Positions 1 through 10,414 of a DNA stretch of 64,000 nt are shown here, one piece after another (the first letter of the stretch is position 1; every line of letters starts with the position of its first letter). The position numbers and the translations under genes are program-made. The notes under the pieces are model-generated. The model ran no database searches. It saw only the letters and a program-made list of their open reading frames with translations, and was not told where the DNA came from. Origin of the DNA: a bacterium (lineage in GTDB: Bacteria; Sysuimicrobiota; Sysuimicrobiia; Sysuimicrobiales; Segetimicrobiaceae); assembly GCA_035691305.1 (NCBI GenBank), contig DASSJF010000038.1, positions 3,312 to 67,311 of the forward strand. Reading direction: 5' to 3'.

Positions 1-62
1 TGAACGCTGACCAGCAGGCCGAGCGCGAGGCCGGCCAGGAGACCTACGATCGGCAGCCACAC
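1..62 (-). CDS. Partial CDS (N-terminus only) of a small hydrophobic membrane protein directly downstream of DUF881; runs off the window start
   Basis: GTG at 60-62 preceded by GGGAGGG (70-76) 7 nt upstream; translation (V)WLPIVGLLAGLALGLLVSV is a TM helix; frame stays open to position 1. DUF881 genes are commonly paired with a small basic membrane protein. Confidence 0.3.
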   Translation of the reverse strand, partial: MWLPIVGLLAGLALGLLVSV

Positions 63-66
63 AGCG

Positions 67-822
67 CTACCCTCCCGTCCCGGCCGGCTTAGCGTAGCGG
101 TACACGAACCCGCCGCTGTACGCGGGCACCAACAGGTCGGTGCCCGGCGTCACGGTCACCGGGAACTCGAACGCCCGCAGTTGGTCCAGAATCCCGCCGC
201 GCGCCTGCGCGGCGACCATCATCGCGTCCGTGTTGCCGACGGCGACGATCCGGTACGGCGGGGCCATGCGCCGCGTGTTGCACAGGATTGTGGTCCCGAC
301 GCACGACAAACCGGTCGTCGCCATGATGCGCTCGTCGTTCACCGCGACGGCTTCGGCCCCCGCCGCCCACAGCATGTTGACCACGGCGCGAACGTCGGAG
401 TAGTGGATCAGCACCAGGTTCGGATCCTCGCCCGGCCGAAGCGGCCTCCGGCTGTCGGTGATCGTCACCGACACACCCGGCCCGCGCACCGCGGTCAGGG
501 CGGCCGCGGACCGCAACTTGGCGAGGTCTTCCGTCAGGGAAGCGGCGACGCGCCGATCGCCCGCGGCGCGCTGCTCGTCGTCCGCGATCTCGCGTCGGAG
601 ATCGGCGATCTCCGCGCGCATCGCCGCCTGGCGCCCTTCCTCCGCACGGTACCGGTAGGCCACCTCGTCGAGACGGCCCGAGCTGACCTGGAGGCCGGTT
701 TCAATCGACTGTTCTGTGCGTGACTGCACGGCAAAGACGAAGCCGACCGCAACCGCAACGGCGGTCAGCGCGACCTGCCACCGGCGGATGCCCGCACCCG
801 CGGCGCGCCCGCGGAACCTCAT
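67..822 (-). CDS. DUF881 (YlxW/YlxX-like) cell-division-associated protein
   Basis: ORF 67..903, start trimmed to ATG at 820-822 (M28, MRFRGRAAG...). That ATG overlaps the TGA of the upstream gene (ATGA). N-terminal TM helix, coiled-coil segment, conserved DUF881 core (LVLIHYSDVRAVVNMLWAAGAEAVAVNDERI). Confidence 0.75.
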   Translation of the reverse strand: MRFRGRAAGAGIRRWQVALTAVAVAVGFVFAVQSRTEQSIETGLQVSSGRLDEVAYRYRAEEGRQAAMRAEIADLRREIADDEQRAAGDRRVAASLTEDLAKLRSAAALTAVRGPGVSVTITDSRRPLRPGEDPNLVLIHYSDVRAVVNMLWAAGAEAVAVNDERIMATTGLSCVGTTILCNTRRMAPPYRIVAVGNTDAMMVAAQARGGILDQLRAFEFPVTVTPGTDLLVPAYSGGFVYRYAKPAGTGG

Positions 823-1724
823 GCGGGCGCTCCCATCCGATCGAAGAGGCGGCCCGCTTCGCGGCCCCTCGGCGTCACCCGAAGCACGCCCCACTGGACG
901 CATTGGACCGCGCGCGCCGCGACATCCGGCGCCGCTACGACGAGCCGCCGTCCCACCGGGTCCACGTCGACGATTGTACCCATCGCCATGATGGTACCAC
1001 GGCGGGCGGCCAGCCCGACCAGCAGGTGTCGGAGCGCGTCCCGAGGGATGTCGGCAAGGACGCGGGACGGTGCGACCCGCCGTCCGCGATAGACGGCCGG
1101 GCGCTGCGGAATCACGTCGCGAAGATCGAGCACGAGTTCTGCGGCCCCGGCGAAGTAGGCGGCAAACCGCCCCTCGCGACGCGCGCGCCGTTCCGCGGCC
1201 GAGCGGCGCCTGACGGCGGGCGCGGGGCGCAGCCTGTGCACGACGGTGTCATGAGAAACGCGCGCGAGAATCGGCTCGGCTTCGCAGCCGCGCTGAATGG
1301 CCACGAGGTGCCGCGGGGCCAGCAGCCGGATCTTACGGACTTTCGCGGCGGCGCCCGCGCCTTCGATCCACCCCGTCGTATCGACGACCACGATCTCTGC
1401 CCCCTCGCGCCGGGCGCGCCGGGTCAGCTCGAGCGTTCCCTGGAGAAGGTACCGGTACACCCGCTGGGGGGTCGTGTCGCCGACGAACCAGAGCCCGGCC
1501 GGCGGAATGGCATCCATGCGGCGGACCGGCGTCCGCACCGGCCCCCAGCCGACGGCGGCCGGCGGCCCCAGATCAGACTGGCCCGTATCGGCGTCGACAA
1601 CCGCCGCCGCGACGCCCGCGCGCGCGGCCGCGGCGGCCAGATGCGTCGCGGTGGTCGTCTTGCCGACGTCCACCGCCCCGAGCATCATCACGGTTCCGGG
1701 CAAGGCCACGACGGCGGAAGCCAC
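819..1724 (-). CDS. Clp1/Grc3-like P-loop NTPase (putative polynucleotide 5'-kinase family)
   Basis: 301 aa. Walker A of the Clp1 type, GAVDVGKTT (GxxDxGKT/S). Sits 29 nt downstream of V-ATPase subunit D and overlaps the DUF881 start by 4 nt. Family assignment is from motif and architecture only. Confidence 0.45.
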   Translation of the reverse strand: MASAVVALPGTVMMLGAVDVGKTTTATHLAAAAARAGVAAAVVDADTGQSDLGPPAAVGWGPVRTPVRRMDAIPPAGLWFVGDTTPQRVYRYLLQGTLELTRRARREGAEIVVVDTTGWIEGAGAAAKVRKIRLLAPRHLVAIQRGCEAEPILARVSHDTVVHRLRPAPAVRRRSAAERRARREGRFAAYFAGAAELVLDLRDVIPQRPAVYRGRRVAPSRVLADIPRDALRHLLVGLAARRGTIMAMGTIVDVDPVGRRLVVAAPDVAARAVQCVQWGVLRVTPRGREAGRLFDRMGAPA

Positions 1725-1753
1725 CGTGTGCCAATCGCCACCGCCCGGGACGT

Positions 1754-2389
1754 TCAGTTCTTCGCGCTCTCCAGCTTCTGCTTGATTCGCTTCAGCCGGA
1801 AGACGTCTTCGCGGGCCCGCTGCTCCAGCACGTCGCGGATGTACCGGATCTCGCCGCGCACACGCGGGATCACGACCTGTTCCAGCGCGTTGACCCGGCG
1901 CGTCGTCTTCTTGATCTCTTCGCCGATCTTCCTCAACGTGATCTCAGTCCCGGCCACCTCGAGGAGCGCGTCCACGACGTCTTCGAACCGGTCGGCGCTC
2001 TCGATCGTGCGCGCCGACACGGACGCGGGATCGACGTTGCGCTCCAGCAGGGACCGCTTGACGCCGTTCGTCGCGATGCTGGGGATACGCGTGCCCCAGA
2101 CGTTCTTGGTGTCGATCCCGACCTCCAGGCGGCGGGGATCCGCCAGCGCGACGGCCTCGAGCGTCTCCCGGCCCTCGACGGCCTTGGTCAGCCCGAGCAG
2201 CGTGTAGGACTGCTCCGCGGACTGCGTGAGCTTCTCGCGCGCGGCCAGCGCCCGCCGCACGATATTGAAGAAGTCCGCCACAAGCGCGTCCCGCTTTTTC
2301 TTCAGGAGGTCGACACCCTGCTGCGCCAGCTTCACCTGGTTCTGGCGCTGCAGCAGGTTCATTCGGGTGGGGCTGATCGTCTCAGCCAT
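1754..2389 (-). CDS. atpD: V/A-type ATP synthase subunit D
   Basis: 211 aa; N-terminus MAETISPTRMNLLQRQNQVKLAQQGVDLLKKKRDAL is the conserved V-type D motif; last gene of the ATPase operon. Confidence 0.9.
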   Translation of the reverse strand: MAETISPTRMNLLQRQNQVKLAQQGVDLLKKKRDALVADFFNIVRRALAAREKLTQSAEQSYTLLGLTKAVEGRETLEAVALADPRRLEVGIDTKNVWGTRIPSIATNGVKRSLLERNVDPASVSARTIESADRFEDVVDALLEVAGTEITLRKIGEEIKKTTRRVNALEQVVIPRVRGEIRYIRDVLEQRAREDVFRLKRIKQKLESAKN

Positions 2390-2435
2390 AACGGCTTCTC
2401 CTCATGTTATCCGAGCGACGGAGGGGACCCCGCCC

Positions 2436-3851
2436 CTACCGCACCTCGCCGGGGCGGAACATCTTGTCGGCCTGCTCCCCGTAGTAGTACTTGTCTACGT
2501 GGTCGCGGCTGATGCGCGTCAGCGCGGTCTTCGGGAACACCGACAGCAGCTTCCAGCCGAGCGTCAGCGAGTCCTGAATGGAGCGGTCGCTGTTGCCTTG
2601 GTTGATGAACTCTTTCTCGAACGAGTCGGCGAACTTCAGGTACAGCCGGTCGTTCTCGGTGAGCGCCTCCTCACCGATGATCGCGACGAGTCGGCGGAGG
2701 TCGAGGCCCTGCGCGTACGCGGAGTAGAGCTGGTCGGCGACCTGCCGGTGGTCCTCGCGCGTGCGGCCCCGTCCGATGCCGTTGTTCATGAGCCGCGAGA
2801 GGCTCGGCAGCGGGTTGATCGGCGGGTAGATGCCCTGCCGGTGGAGCGGCCGCGCCAGCACGAGCTGGCCCTCCGTGATGTAGCCGGTAAGGTCGGCGAT
2901 CGGGTGCGTGATGTCGTCGTCCGGCATTGTGAGGATCGGGAATTGCGTGATCGTGCCCTTCTTGCCCTTGATGCGGCCGGCGCGCTCGTAGATGCTGGCG
3001 AGGTCGGTGTACATGTAGCCGGGGTAGCCGCGGCGCCCGGGGATCTCTTCGCGCGCCGCGCCGATCTCGCGCAGGGCCTCGCAGTAGTTCGTCATGTCGG
3101 TGAGGATGACGAGCACCTGCATGTCGAGCTCGTACGCGAGGTACTCCGCGACGGTGAGCGCGGTCCGCGGTGTCATCAGGCGCTCGATCGTCGGGTCGTC
3201 GGCCAGATTCATGAACACCACGCTGCGCGCGAGGGCCCCCGTCGTCTCGAACTCCTGGATGAAGAACGCGGCCTCGCGCTGAGTGATCCCCATCGCGCCG
3301 AACACGACCGAGAACTGCTCCGCCTCGCCGAGCACTTTCGACTGGCGCGCGATCTGCGCCGCGATCTCGTTCGCGGGCAGGCCGGCGCCGGAGAAGATCG
3401 GCAGCTTCTGGCCCCGGACCAGCGTGTTCATTACGTCGATCGTCGAGATGCCGGTTTGGATGAATTCCGCCGGCTTCTCCCGCGCCACCGGGTTGATCGG
3501 GGCGCCGAGGATCGGCAGGCGCTTCTCGGGGATGATCGGCGGCAGGCCGTCGATCGGATCGCCGAGACCGTTGAACCGCCGGCCGATCATCTCGCGGCTG
3601 ACGCCGATCCGCGCGACGTCCTCGCGCAGGCTGAGCGACGTTTTCGCGAGGTCCATGCCGCGCGTTTCTTCGAACACCTGGATGACCGCGTTTTTCTCCG
3701 AGACTTCGATGACCTGCCCGCCGCGCACGCTGCCGTCCTGCACGTGGATCTCGACGATCGCGCCGTAGGCGAGGTCCCGGGCGCCCTCGACAAACAGCAG
3801 CGGGCCCGAGATGTAGTTGATGCTCGTGTAGCGCTTGGTGGCGAGATCCAT
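2436..3851 (-). CDS. atpB: V/A-type ATP synthase subunit B (non-catalytic)
   Basis: ORF 2436..3902 trimmed to ATG at 3849-3851 ([23 protein letters not shown]...) with GGAGGAG RBS. Very strong V-type B similarity. Confidence 0.95.
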   Translation of the reverse strand: MDLATKRYTSINYISGPLLFVEGARDLAYGAIVEIHVQDGSVRGGQVIEVSEKNAVIQVFEETRGMDLAKTSLSLREDVARIGVSREMIGRRFNGLGDPIDGLPPIIPEKRLPILGAPINPVAREKPAEFIQTGISTIDVMNTLVRGQKLPIFSGAGLPANEIAAQIARQSKVLGEAEQFSVVFGAMGITQREAAFFIQEFETTGALARSVVFMNLADDPTIERLMTPRTALTVAEYLAYELDMQVLVILTDMTNYCEALREIGAAREEIPGRRGYPGYMYTDLASIYERAGRIKGKKGTITQFPILTMPDDDITHPIADLTGYITEGQLVLARPLHRQGIYPPINPLPSLSRLMNNGIGRGRTREDHRQVADQLYSAYAQGLDLRRLVAIIGEEALTENDRLYLKFADSFEKEFINQGNSDRSIQDSLTLGWKLLSVFPKTALTRISRDHVDKYYYGEQADKMFRPGEVR

Positions 3852-3852
3852 G

Positions 3853-5679
3853 TCAGCTCCTCCGCCCGTCGCCCGACGCCGCGCCCGCCGACGCCTGCGC
3901 ATCCCGCGGGCTCGTCCCCGCGGCGGCCTCGCCGCCTGCCTTCGCGAACGTCTGCGCGAGCCCGTCCATGAACTCCTTGAGCGCCGCCGGAAACTTGTCG
4001 TTCGGCACTTCCTTGAACCGCGCGATCCGCTCGTTCTGCGGCAGGTTGAGGATCTCGTCGATCGTCATCCCCCGCTGCAGACCCTCGAGCGAGGCTTCGT
4101 AGAACGCCCGGATCCCTTGGATCATCCCGTAGGCCTTCTCGAGCGAGCACGACGCGTCGACGTCGCTGAACGCGCTCTGCTGCAGGTAGAATTCACGGAT
4201 CATGCGCCCGGCCTCGATCACCATGCGCTCCGCGTCCTGGAGCGCGTCGGGGCCGACCAGTTGGACGACCTCCTGCAGGCCCGCCTCGCGCGCGAGGATC
4301 GCGCTCAGCCACGTGCGCTGGTCGGCGAAATCCTCCGCCACCTGCTTCGCGTACCACGGCGCGAGCAGCGCCTCGTACAGGCTGTAGGACCGGTTCCAGT
4401 TGATCGCCGGGAAGTGGCGGCGGTAGGCAAGCTGCGCGTCGAGCGACCAGAACGTGCCGACGATGCGCAGCGTGCTCTGGGTGACCGGCTCGGACAGGTC
4501 GCCGCCCGGCGGCGAGACGGCGCCGACGACCGTGACGGCCCCGATGCGCTCGTCCTTGCCGAGGACGACGGCGCGTCCCGCCCGCTCGTAGAACGCGGAC
4601 AGGCGGCTCGCGAGGTACGGCGGGTAGCCTTCCTCCGCCGGCATCTCCTCCAGGCGGGACGAAATCTCGCGCAGCGCTTCCGCCCAGCGGCTCGTGCTGT
4701 CGGCCATCAGCGCGACGCGGTAGCCCATGTCGCGGAAGTACTCCGCCATCGTGACCCCGGTGTAGATGCTGGCCTCGCGCGCCGCGACCGGCATGTTCGA
4801 GGTGTTGGCGACGAGGATCGTCCGCTCCATGAGCGGCCGGCCGTTGCGCGGGTCTTCGAGCTCCGGAAACTCCGTCAGCACGTCGGTCATCTCGTTGCCG
4901 CGCTCGCCGCAGCCGACGTAGACGATGATGTCGGCGTTGGACCACTTCGAGAGCGTCTGCTGCACGACGGTCTTGCCGCTGCCGAAGGGGCCGGGGACCG
5001 ACGCGGTCCCGCCCATCGCCACCGGGAACAGCACGTCCAGGATCCGCTGGCCGGTGATGAACAGCTCCGTCGGGTCGAGCTTGCGGGCGGCGGGTCGCGG
5101 CACGCGCACGGGCCACGTCTGCATCATCCGCAGCTCGGCGCCGTTCGTGAGGCGGGCGACGACATCGGTCACCGTGAAGTCGCCGCTCTTGATCTCGGCG
5201 ATCTCACCGGCCGGGGCGTCCGGCGGCACCATGATCCGGTGGGCGTAGGAGTACTCCTGGACCTCCCCGAGCACGTCGCCCGGCCCGACCCGCTCACCGG
5301 CCTTCGCCGACGCCTTGAACGCCCACTTTTTCGCCCGATCCAGCGAGTCGACGACCACGCCGCGCGAGATGAAGTCGCCCTGCGCGTCGCGGATCTTGTC
5401 GAGCGGCCGCTGGATGCCGTCGTAGATGCTGCTCAGCATGCCCGGGCCGAGTTCGAGGGCGAGCGGGGCTTCGGTCGACTCGATCGGCTCCCCGACGTAC
5501 AGGCCCGACGTGTCCTCGTAGACCTGGACGAACGCCGTGTCGCCGTCGAGGCGGATGATCTCGCCGATCAGCTTCTCCTTGCCGACGCGGACGATGTCGT
5601 ACATCCGCGCGCCGGCCAGACCTTCGGCGATGACCGCGGGGCCCGAGATACGCGTGATCTTGCCGGTTGGTGCCGCCAT
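3853..5679 (-). CDS. atpA: V/A-type ATP synthase catalytic subunit A
   Basis: ORF 3853..5700 trimmed to ATG at 5677-5679 ([20 protein letters not shown]...) with GGAGGAGAAGG RBS. Walker [13 protein letters not shown]; near-identical blocks to Thermus V-ATPase A (e.g. [33 protein letters not shown]). Confidence 0.95.
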   Translation of the reverse strand: MAAPTGKITRISGPAVIAEGLAGARMYDIVRVGKEKLIGEIIRLDGDTAFVQVYEDTSGLYVGEPIESTEAPLALELGPGMLSSIYDGIQRPLDKIRDAQGDFISRGVVVDSLDRAKKWAFKASAKAGERVGPGDVLGEVQEYSYAHRIMVPPDAPAGEIAEIKSGDFTVTDVVARLTNGAELRMMQTWPVRVPRPAARKLDPTELFITGQRILDVLFPVAMGGTASVPGPFGSGKTVVQQTLSKWSNADIIVYVGCGERGNEMTDVLTEFPELEDPRNGRPLMERTILVANTSNMPVAAREASIYTGVTMAEYFRDMGYRVALMADSTSRWAEALREISSRLEEMPAEEGYPPYLASRLSAFYERAGRAVVLGKDERIGAVTVVGAVSPPGGDLSEPVTQSTLRIVGTFWSLDAQLAYRRHFPAINWNRSYSLYEALLAPWYAKQVAEDFADQRTWLSAILAREAGLQEVVQLVGPDALQDAERMVIEAGRMIREFYLQQSAFSDVDASCSLEKAYGMIQGIRAFYEASLEGLQRGMTIDEILNLPQNERIARFKEVPNDKFPAALKEFMDGLAQTFAKAGGEAAAGTSPRDAQASAGAASGDGRRS

Positions 5680-5696
5680 CCCTTCTCCTCCGTCTC

Positions 5697-6014
5697 TCAC
5701 CGCAGCTTGACGGCGAATCCGATGTGCTCCTTCACCAGCCTGGAAATGTACGCCTCTCCGGACTCAAGGTTCGCGCGCGCCGGGGGCAGCGGCACGATCA
5801 GCGGCAGGTCGCGGCCCCGCAGGAGCCGCGTCCGCGCGTCCTCGGTGCCGTGCAGCAGGTCTTCGTTCACCGCGAGCAGCCCGTAGCCGGCCGCGGTCAG
5901 CTCGCGGATCAGCTCGAGCGCCTGCTCGGGCGTGCCCGCCTCGCGGACCTCGACGCCCGCGAGACGGAACCCCGTCGCCGTCTCGGGATCGGTGATCACC
6001 GCGACCTTATACAT
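5697..6014 (-). CDS. atpF: V/A-type ATP synthase subunit F
   Basis: 105 aa, [23 protein letters not shown]...; ATG at 6012-6014; overlaps subunit C stop by 8 nt. Confidence 0.85.
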   Translation of the reverse strand: MYKVAVITDPETATGFRLAGVEVREAGTPEQALELIRELTAAGYGLLAVNEDLLHGTEDARTRLLRGRDLPLIVPLPPARANLESGEAYISRLVKEHIGFAVKLR

Positions 6015-7032
6015 TCACGATCTCCTGGCGCGCGACGTCCGTCGCAAGCCCGAGCTGCCGCGCGTGCGCGATCACGCGCACGTTGGCGACTTCCGCCGCC
6101 TTGCGCGTGAGGTAGCCGACGACCACGTCGATGCCCAGCGGATCGCCGAGCAGCATCTGCGCGGCCATGCGCTGGACCCCGCGGTCGACGAACCGTTCCA
6201 TCTCGAGCAGGTCTTCCGTGCCCGTCAGATCCACGCCGAGGATCTTCGTGCCCTGGACGTCGGCGATGCTGGTCTGCGGATCGGCGAGTACGAGAAACCG
6301 CTCCCGCGAGATCGCACCGCCCAGCACGAAGAACTGGTCCCGCTCCTCGCGCGGGAGCTCCCGGATCCGCCGCAGACGCAGCGCGGTCTTGAAGTTCGTG
6401 GCGGTGACTTCCGCGCTGAGAAAGCGGCGGAAGCTCGTCTCGCCGTCCCCTTCGCCGTCGGCAACGCGGTAGCCGTACTGCGCGTACGCACGGTCGAGCG
6501 CGAGTTCGACGTCGAGCAGGCCGCCGCTCCGCTGCGCGGCATCCGCGCCTTCCCGCAGCGCCCGGCCCAGCGGATGCATCCAGGTCTGCAGCGTGTCCGC
6601 GATCGCGCGCAGGTCGGGCTGCTCGAGCAGCTCGCGCAGCCGGACCTCGCTGAGCGACCCGCCCGGGTAAAGGGTGGACAGGATGTCGTCGTCGGGCTTG
6701 TCCGTGTGCTTGCCGCGGACGATCGCGCGGATGTTCTGCAGATCATAGCGCAGCAGGACGACCTCGATCTGGCGCCGCTCCGCCCCGTCGGCAAAGCTCA
6801 GAATGCGGCGGGTCGCGTGGTAGAAGTTCTGCGCCAGCGCCTCGTCGATCGCCCGCACGCCGCCGAACCGGCTGAGGGCCTCCTGCAGCTCGGCGTTGTA
6901 CGGGGTGTCGACGAGCGCCTGAATAATCGCGGGGACATCCGGCGCCGCAAGCAGCTCCTCCAGACGCGACGGCGGAAGGAGCTGGGATTTCATGACCTTG
7001 ACCCGCGCGTTTATGTAGGAAAAATCACCCAC
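6007..7032 (-). CDS. atpC: V/A-type ATP synthase subunit C (eukaryotic d-like)
   Basis: 341 aa; GTG start at 7030-7032; N-terminus (V)GDFSYINARVKVMKSQLL matches the conserved FxYLNARV motif of A/V-type C subunits. Confidence 0.8.
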   Translation of the reverse strand: MGDFSYINARVKVMKSQLLPPSRLEELLAAPDVPAIIQALVDTPYNAELQEALSRFGGVRAIDEALAQNFYHATRRILSFADGAERRQIEVVLLRYDLQNIRAIVRGKHTDKPDDDILSTLYPGGSLSEVRLRELLEQPDLRAIADTLQTWMHPLGRALREGADAAQRSGGLLDVELALDRAYAQYGYRVADGEGDGETSFRRFLSAEVTATNFKTALRLRRIRELPREERDQFFVLGGAISRERFLVLADPQTSIADVQGTKILGVDLTGTEDLLEMERFVDRGVQRMAAQMLLGDPLGIDVVVGYLTRKAAEVANVRVIAHARQLGLATDVARQEIVNV

Positions 7033-7035
7033 GCC

Positions 7036-7623
7036 TCACCGGCTCCACAACGTCTCGGCGACCCGGGATACCATCTCCCGCCGGGCGTGGCTCAGGCGGC
7101 TACCGATCGTGTTCTCCACGACCACGCGGCCGTCCGGCGAGGCGACGCGGACACCGTCGGCGACGTCCCGCGCCTCGCGCACCTCGGCGTCGAGTCCGAG
7201 TTCGCGGCACGCGTCGCGAACCGTCTGGACGTCCGCGGGTGCCGTCTCCACCGTGAGGCGGCCGGAGAGGCCCCGCGCCGCCTCGCGCAGCAGCCCGCGG
7301 AGCACCGCGCCGCGCCGCTGCGAGTTGGCCCCGGCCGCGCCGGTGCGCAACTCGGCTTCCGCCTGCTCGAACACTTTGCGGATCGCCTCGTCTTTCGCGG
7401 CCAGCACGAGCGCGGCCGCGCGCAGGCTCGCGGTGCTGGTCGCCCGCGCCCGGGCCTGGGCCTGCTCCGCCTCCACGCGCCGGCGGGCCTCAGCCTCGAT
7501 CTCCTCGGCCTCCCGCGCCGCCGCCGCGGCGACCTCCTCGGCTTTGGCCTGCGCCTCGTTCAGCGCCTGGTCTTTCTCGACCCGCGCTTCCTGCTCGAGG
7601 AGCTGCATCAGCTGCGTTCCCAC
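7036..7623 (-). CDS. atpE: V/A-type ATP synthase subunit E
   Basis: 195 aa, Ala/Glu-rich coiled-coil N-terminus (MGTQLMQLLEQEARVEKDQALNEAQAKAEE...); position between K and C subunits. Confidence 0.8.
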   Translation of the reverse strand: MGTQLMQLLEQEARVEKDQALNEAQAKAEEVAAAAAREAEEIEAEARRRVEAEQAQARARATSTASLRAAALVLAAKDEAIRKVFEQAEAELRTGAAGANSQRRGAVLRGLLREAARGLSGRLTVETAPADVQTVRDACRELGLDAEVREARDVADGVRVASPDGRVVVENTIGSRLSHARREMVSRVAETLWSR

Positions 7624-7644
7624 GCGACCGCTCCGCCCGCCCTA

Positions 7645-7965
7645 GATCTTGCCGTACAGAAAGAACGCGATGACGAATCCGAAGATGACCAGCGTCTCGG
7701 GGATCACGAGCAGGATCAGCATCGTGCCGAACATCTCCGGCCGCTCGGCGATGACGCCCGCCGCCGCTCCGCCGATACGCGACTGCGCGATGCCGGTGCC
7801 GACCGCGCCGAGGCCGATCGCGAGGCCCGCGCCCACGCCCAAGAGGCCCGCCCCCGTGCCGGCCCCCGCCGCCTGCGCGGCCTGCTGCGCGCCCGCTCCC
7901 ATTGCCAAGAGCATCAGCCCGACGGCCGTCAGGCCGAGAACCGTCCACACTTTCCGAGACTTCAC
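7645..7965 (-). CDS. atpK: V/A-type ATP synthase proteolipid subunit K (c-ring)
   Basis: ORF 7642..8382 trimmed to GTG at 7963-7965 (VKSRKVWTVLGLTAVGLMLL...), RBS GGGGGTGGAG upstream. About 107 aa, two TM hairpins, Gly/Ala-rich, conserved E in ...IAERPEMFG...; the upstream part of the ORF is out-of-frame junk. Confidence 0.8.
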
Positions 7966-9917
7966 GCTCCACCCCCGCTGCGTTGAAATGGCCGGTACGG
8001 TCGACCGGTGTCCTGGTAGTATTTGAACTTGGAGAAAAACTCGACCCAGTTGAGCCGGGCGGGCTGCAGGATGTGCCCGATGATCGTCAGGCCGAAGAAC
8101 ATGATGTGCGCGACGGCGCCGACGAAAATGCCGATGATCAGCGCGGGCGCCTTCCCGCCGATGGTGTTCGCCACGATGGCGAGGGCGAGCGACGCGACGC
8201 CGACCGCGAAGATTCGGGCGTACGAGATGATCGCGCCGAACGTCGAGATCGATTCCATGATCCACATCGCGCTGCCGAAGCTGGCCGAGAACAGCAGCGA
8301 GAGGAGGAACAGCACCGCGCACCCCAGCATGACGGGGCTGAAGAACGACGACGGCAGCACGTGCACCTGCGTCGCGAGCCACAGGAACACCGTCGTCCCG
8401 CCGAAGAGAAGCGCCGCCGCCTCGAGAAATTCCGTCCGCTCACGGTGCCGGACGGCCTTCACCATCTCCATGAAGAGCCCGAGGTAGACCTGGGCGAGGC
8501 CGAAGCCCACCGACAGATAGAGGTAGGTATTGATCCCCTCGAGCCGGTCGAAAATCGGATGGAAGCCCGGGAACAGCCGCTGCGGAAGATCGCCGAAGAA
8601 CTCGCCGAAGACGATCCCGAAGAGGAACGTGAACGAGGTCATCCACGTGAGCAGCGCGACGACGCGCCGCATCACGACCGGCGTCAGCGTGAACCCGAAG
8701 TCCATGCCGGCCAGAACGACGCGCCACGGCTTCCCCGTCCGCGCCTTGCCCGCGAGCCACAGCGTGATTCCCAGCAGGAACAGGCCGTATCCGACGTCCC
8801 CGATGATGAGACCGACCCAGAGCGGCATCGAAATCGCGAACCAGATCGTCGGATCGAGCGTTCCGTACTTCGGCGGGTCGAAGATCGCGAGGAACATCTC
8901 GAACGGCTTGAGCCATCCGGGGTTGTCGAGCAGCACCGGCACGGCTTCCGCGTGGTGCACGGGGGCCGGCTCGTCGAAGACCATGACGCCGTCCGCGAAT
9001 CGCTTCTTGAGGCCCTCGCGCACCGCGGCGACGCGGGCGCTGGGCACCCAGCCGTATAGCACGAACGCGTACCGCGACTGCGGCGTCTGCGCCATCAGCT
9101 CGTAGCGGTGCACCGCGTCCCGCGCCACCACGGCGATCGCCGTCACTTCGGGCCGGTGCCGCCGGCTGAGCTCGATCAGCTGCCGCCGGCAATCCTCGAT
9201 CTCGCCCGGCAGCACGCGCGCCCGCTCCTGGAGGTGGGTCACGGCCTGCGGCAGCGGCATCCCGCGGACGCCGGCGGGCAGGCGGAGTTCGCTCGCCCCG
9301 GCACGGGTCAGCACGGGTCGCACCGCGTCCGCGTCGCGGCGGGCGTACGCCGCCACGACGGCGAGCCGGTGCGCGTCGAGCGCGCGGTTCACCACCTCGA
9401 CCCTGCCCTGCGTCGCCGCGGCCAGTTCGCCGCGCAGCGCCTCGAGCGCGCCCGGCTTCGCGTCGATGAGGAACCCGGCGGCCTCCAGCGTGCGGCTGCC
9501 CTGCAGCGGAGCCAGCAGGGGCGCGAGGATCTCGATCGCGCGCCCGTAGGCCTGGAGGATCTCCTGCTCCTCTTCCGCGTCCAAGAGGCGCCGCGTAAGA
9601 TCCTTGGCCTGCGTCTCCACGGCGTCGAGCCGCGCCCGCAGCGCCTCGGGCGACTGCGTTTCGTACGGTTCGGTGGACACGGGCGGAATCTCGAGGGCCG
9701 GGAGGAGCGCGAGAATCGCCTCGGCGCGGGTGCGCACCGCGTCGATCGTTTCGCGCGCCGCCTGGTCGCGTGCGTCGAGCGGCCGCGGGCCGATGCCGTC
9801 CTCGATCGGCCGGACGTGGTCGACATGCAGGCTGCCGAGGCCCTGAATCGCGCCGGCAACGTCCGCCTGCAGCCGCCGGGGCCCGAGCACGGTCACCCGG
9901 CTCATCGATACGATCAT
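7962..9917 (-). CDS. atpI: V/A-type ATP synthase subunit I (a-subunit, stator/proton channel)
   Basis: 651 aa; N-terminus MIVSMSRVTVLGP..., long coiled-coil region, C-terminal polytopic membrane domain with the conserved Arg-containing helix. Confidence 0.9.
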   Translation of the reverse strand: MIVSMSRVTVLGPRRLQADVAGAIQGLGSLHVDHVRPIEDGIGPRPLDARDQAARETIDAVRTRAEAILALLPALEIPPVSTEPYETQSPEALRARLDAVETQAKDLTRRLLDAEEEQEILQAYGRAIEILAPLLAPLQGSRTLEAAGFLIDAKPGALEALRGELAAATQGRVEVVNRALDAHRLAVVAAYARRDADAVRPVLTRAGASELRLPAGVRGMPLPQAVTHLQERARVLPGEIEDCRRQLIELSRRHRPEVTAIAVVARDAVHRYELMAQTPQSRYAFVLYGWVPSARVAAVREGLKKRFADGVMVFDEPAPVHHAEAVPVLLDNPGWLKPFEMFLAIFDPPKYGTLDPTIWFAISMPLWVGLIIGDVGYGLFLLGITLWLAGKARTGKPWRVVLAGMDFGFTLTPVVMRRVVALLTWMTSFTFLFGIVFGEFFGDLPQRLFPGFHPIFDRLEGINTYLYLSVGFGLAQVYLGLFMEMVKAVRHRERTEFLEAAALLFGGTTVFLWLATQVHVLPSSFFSPVMLGCAVLFLLSLLFSASFGSAMWIMESISTFGAIISYARIFAVGVASLALAIVANTIGGKAPALIIGIFVGAVAHIMFFGLTIIGHILQPARLNWVEFFSKFKYYQDTGRPYRPFQRSGGGA

Positions 9918-10264
9918 GCCTGGCTCCCGAGAACCTCGCGGACGACGAGCTCGACCGCCTTGGCGCGCCGCTCCTCCGCCTGCTTGCGGATGGCCGCGGC
10001 TTCCGCCTCGGCGCGCGCCACGATTTCCTTCCCGATGCGCTCGGCCTCGCGTGACGCCTCCGCGGAGGCGCCGGACGCGATGTCGCGGGCGCGGTCGCGG
10101 GCCCGCGCGCGCAGTTCCTCGCCCTGCCGCTGTGCCTGTTCCACGCGCCGGGTAGCCTCGGCGCGAGCGTCGGCGACCTGGCGCTGCAGCTCCTGTTCGC
10201 GCTGCGCGATCTCGCGGAGCAGGGCTTCACCCGATTGACTGCCGGGGGAATCGTGTGCGGTCAT
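9914..10264 (-). CDS. atpG: V/A-type ATP synthase small peripheral-stalk subunit (G/H)
   Basis: ORF 9914..10405 trimmed to ATG at 10262-10264 (MTAHDSPGSQ...) with AGGAG RBS 8 nt upstream. About 116 aa, Ala/Glu/Arg-rich helical protein; first gene of the operon, as in Thermus atpGIKECFABD. Confidence 0.6.
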   Translation of the reverse strand: MTAHDSPGSQSGEALLREIAQREQELQRQVADARAEATRRVEQAQRQGEELRARARDRARDIASGASAEASREAERIGKEIVARAEAEAAAIRKQAEERRAKAVELVVREVLGSQA

Positions 10265-10360
10265 CTCGCATGCTCCTGCGTGGAACAAAAAAATACCGTC
10301 CGTAGACCGTGGTTGAGCCGCCTGCCGGCCCGCGGACGTTGGCGCTCCACTGCGGCCAAC

Positions 10361-10389
10361 ATCGTAACAACCCCCCAAAATGGTGTCAA
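10361..10389 (-). promoter_or_regulatory. Sigma-70-type promoter of the V/A-ATPase operon: TTGACA-17-TACGAT
   Basis: Minus strand: -35 TTGACA (complement of 10384-10389), 17-nt spacer, -10 TACGAT (complement of 10361-10366). Roughly 90-nt leader containing an unusual A7/U7 tract before the AGGAG RBS. Confidence 0.5.
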
Positions 10390-10414
10390 GAAAGAAGCCA
10401 AACAACGGTTCGAC

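Noticed and set aside
2226-7986. Long plus-strand ORFs (2226..3971, 3835..5886, 5932..7986 and similar) antisense to the V-ATPase genes
   Set aside because: Arg/Asp/Glu/Ala-rich low-complexity translations with no family resemblance, antisense to strongly conserved genes. These are typical stop-poor artefacts of 70% GC DNA.
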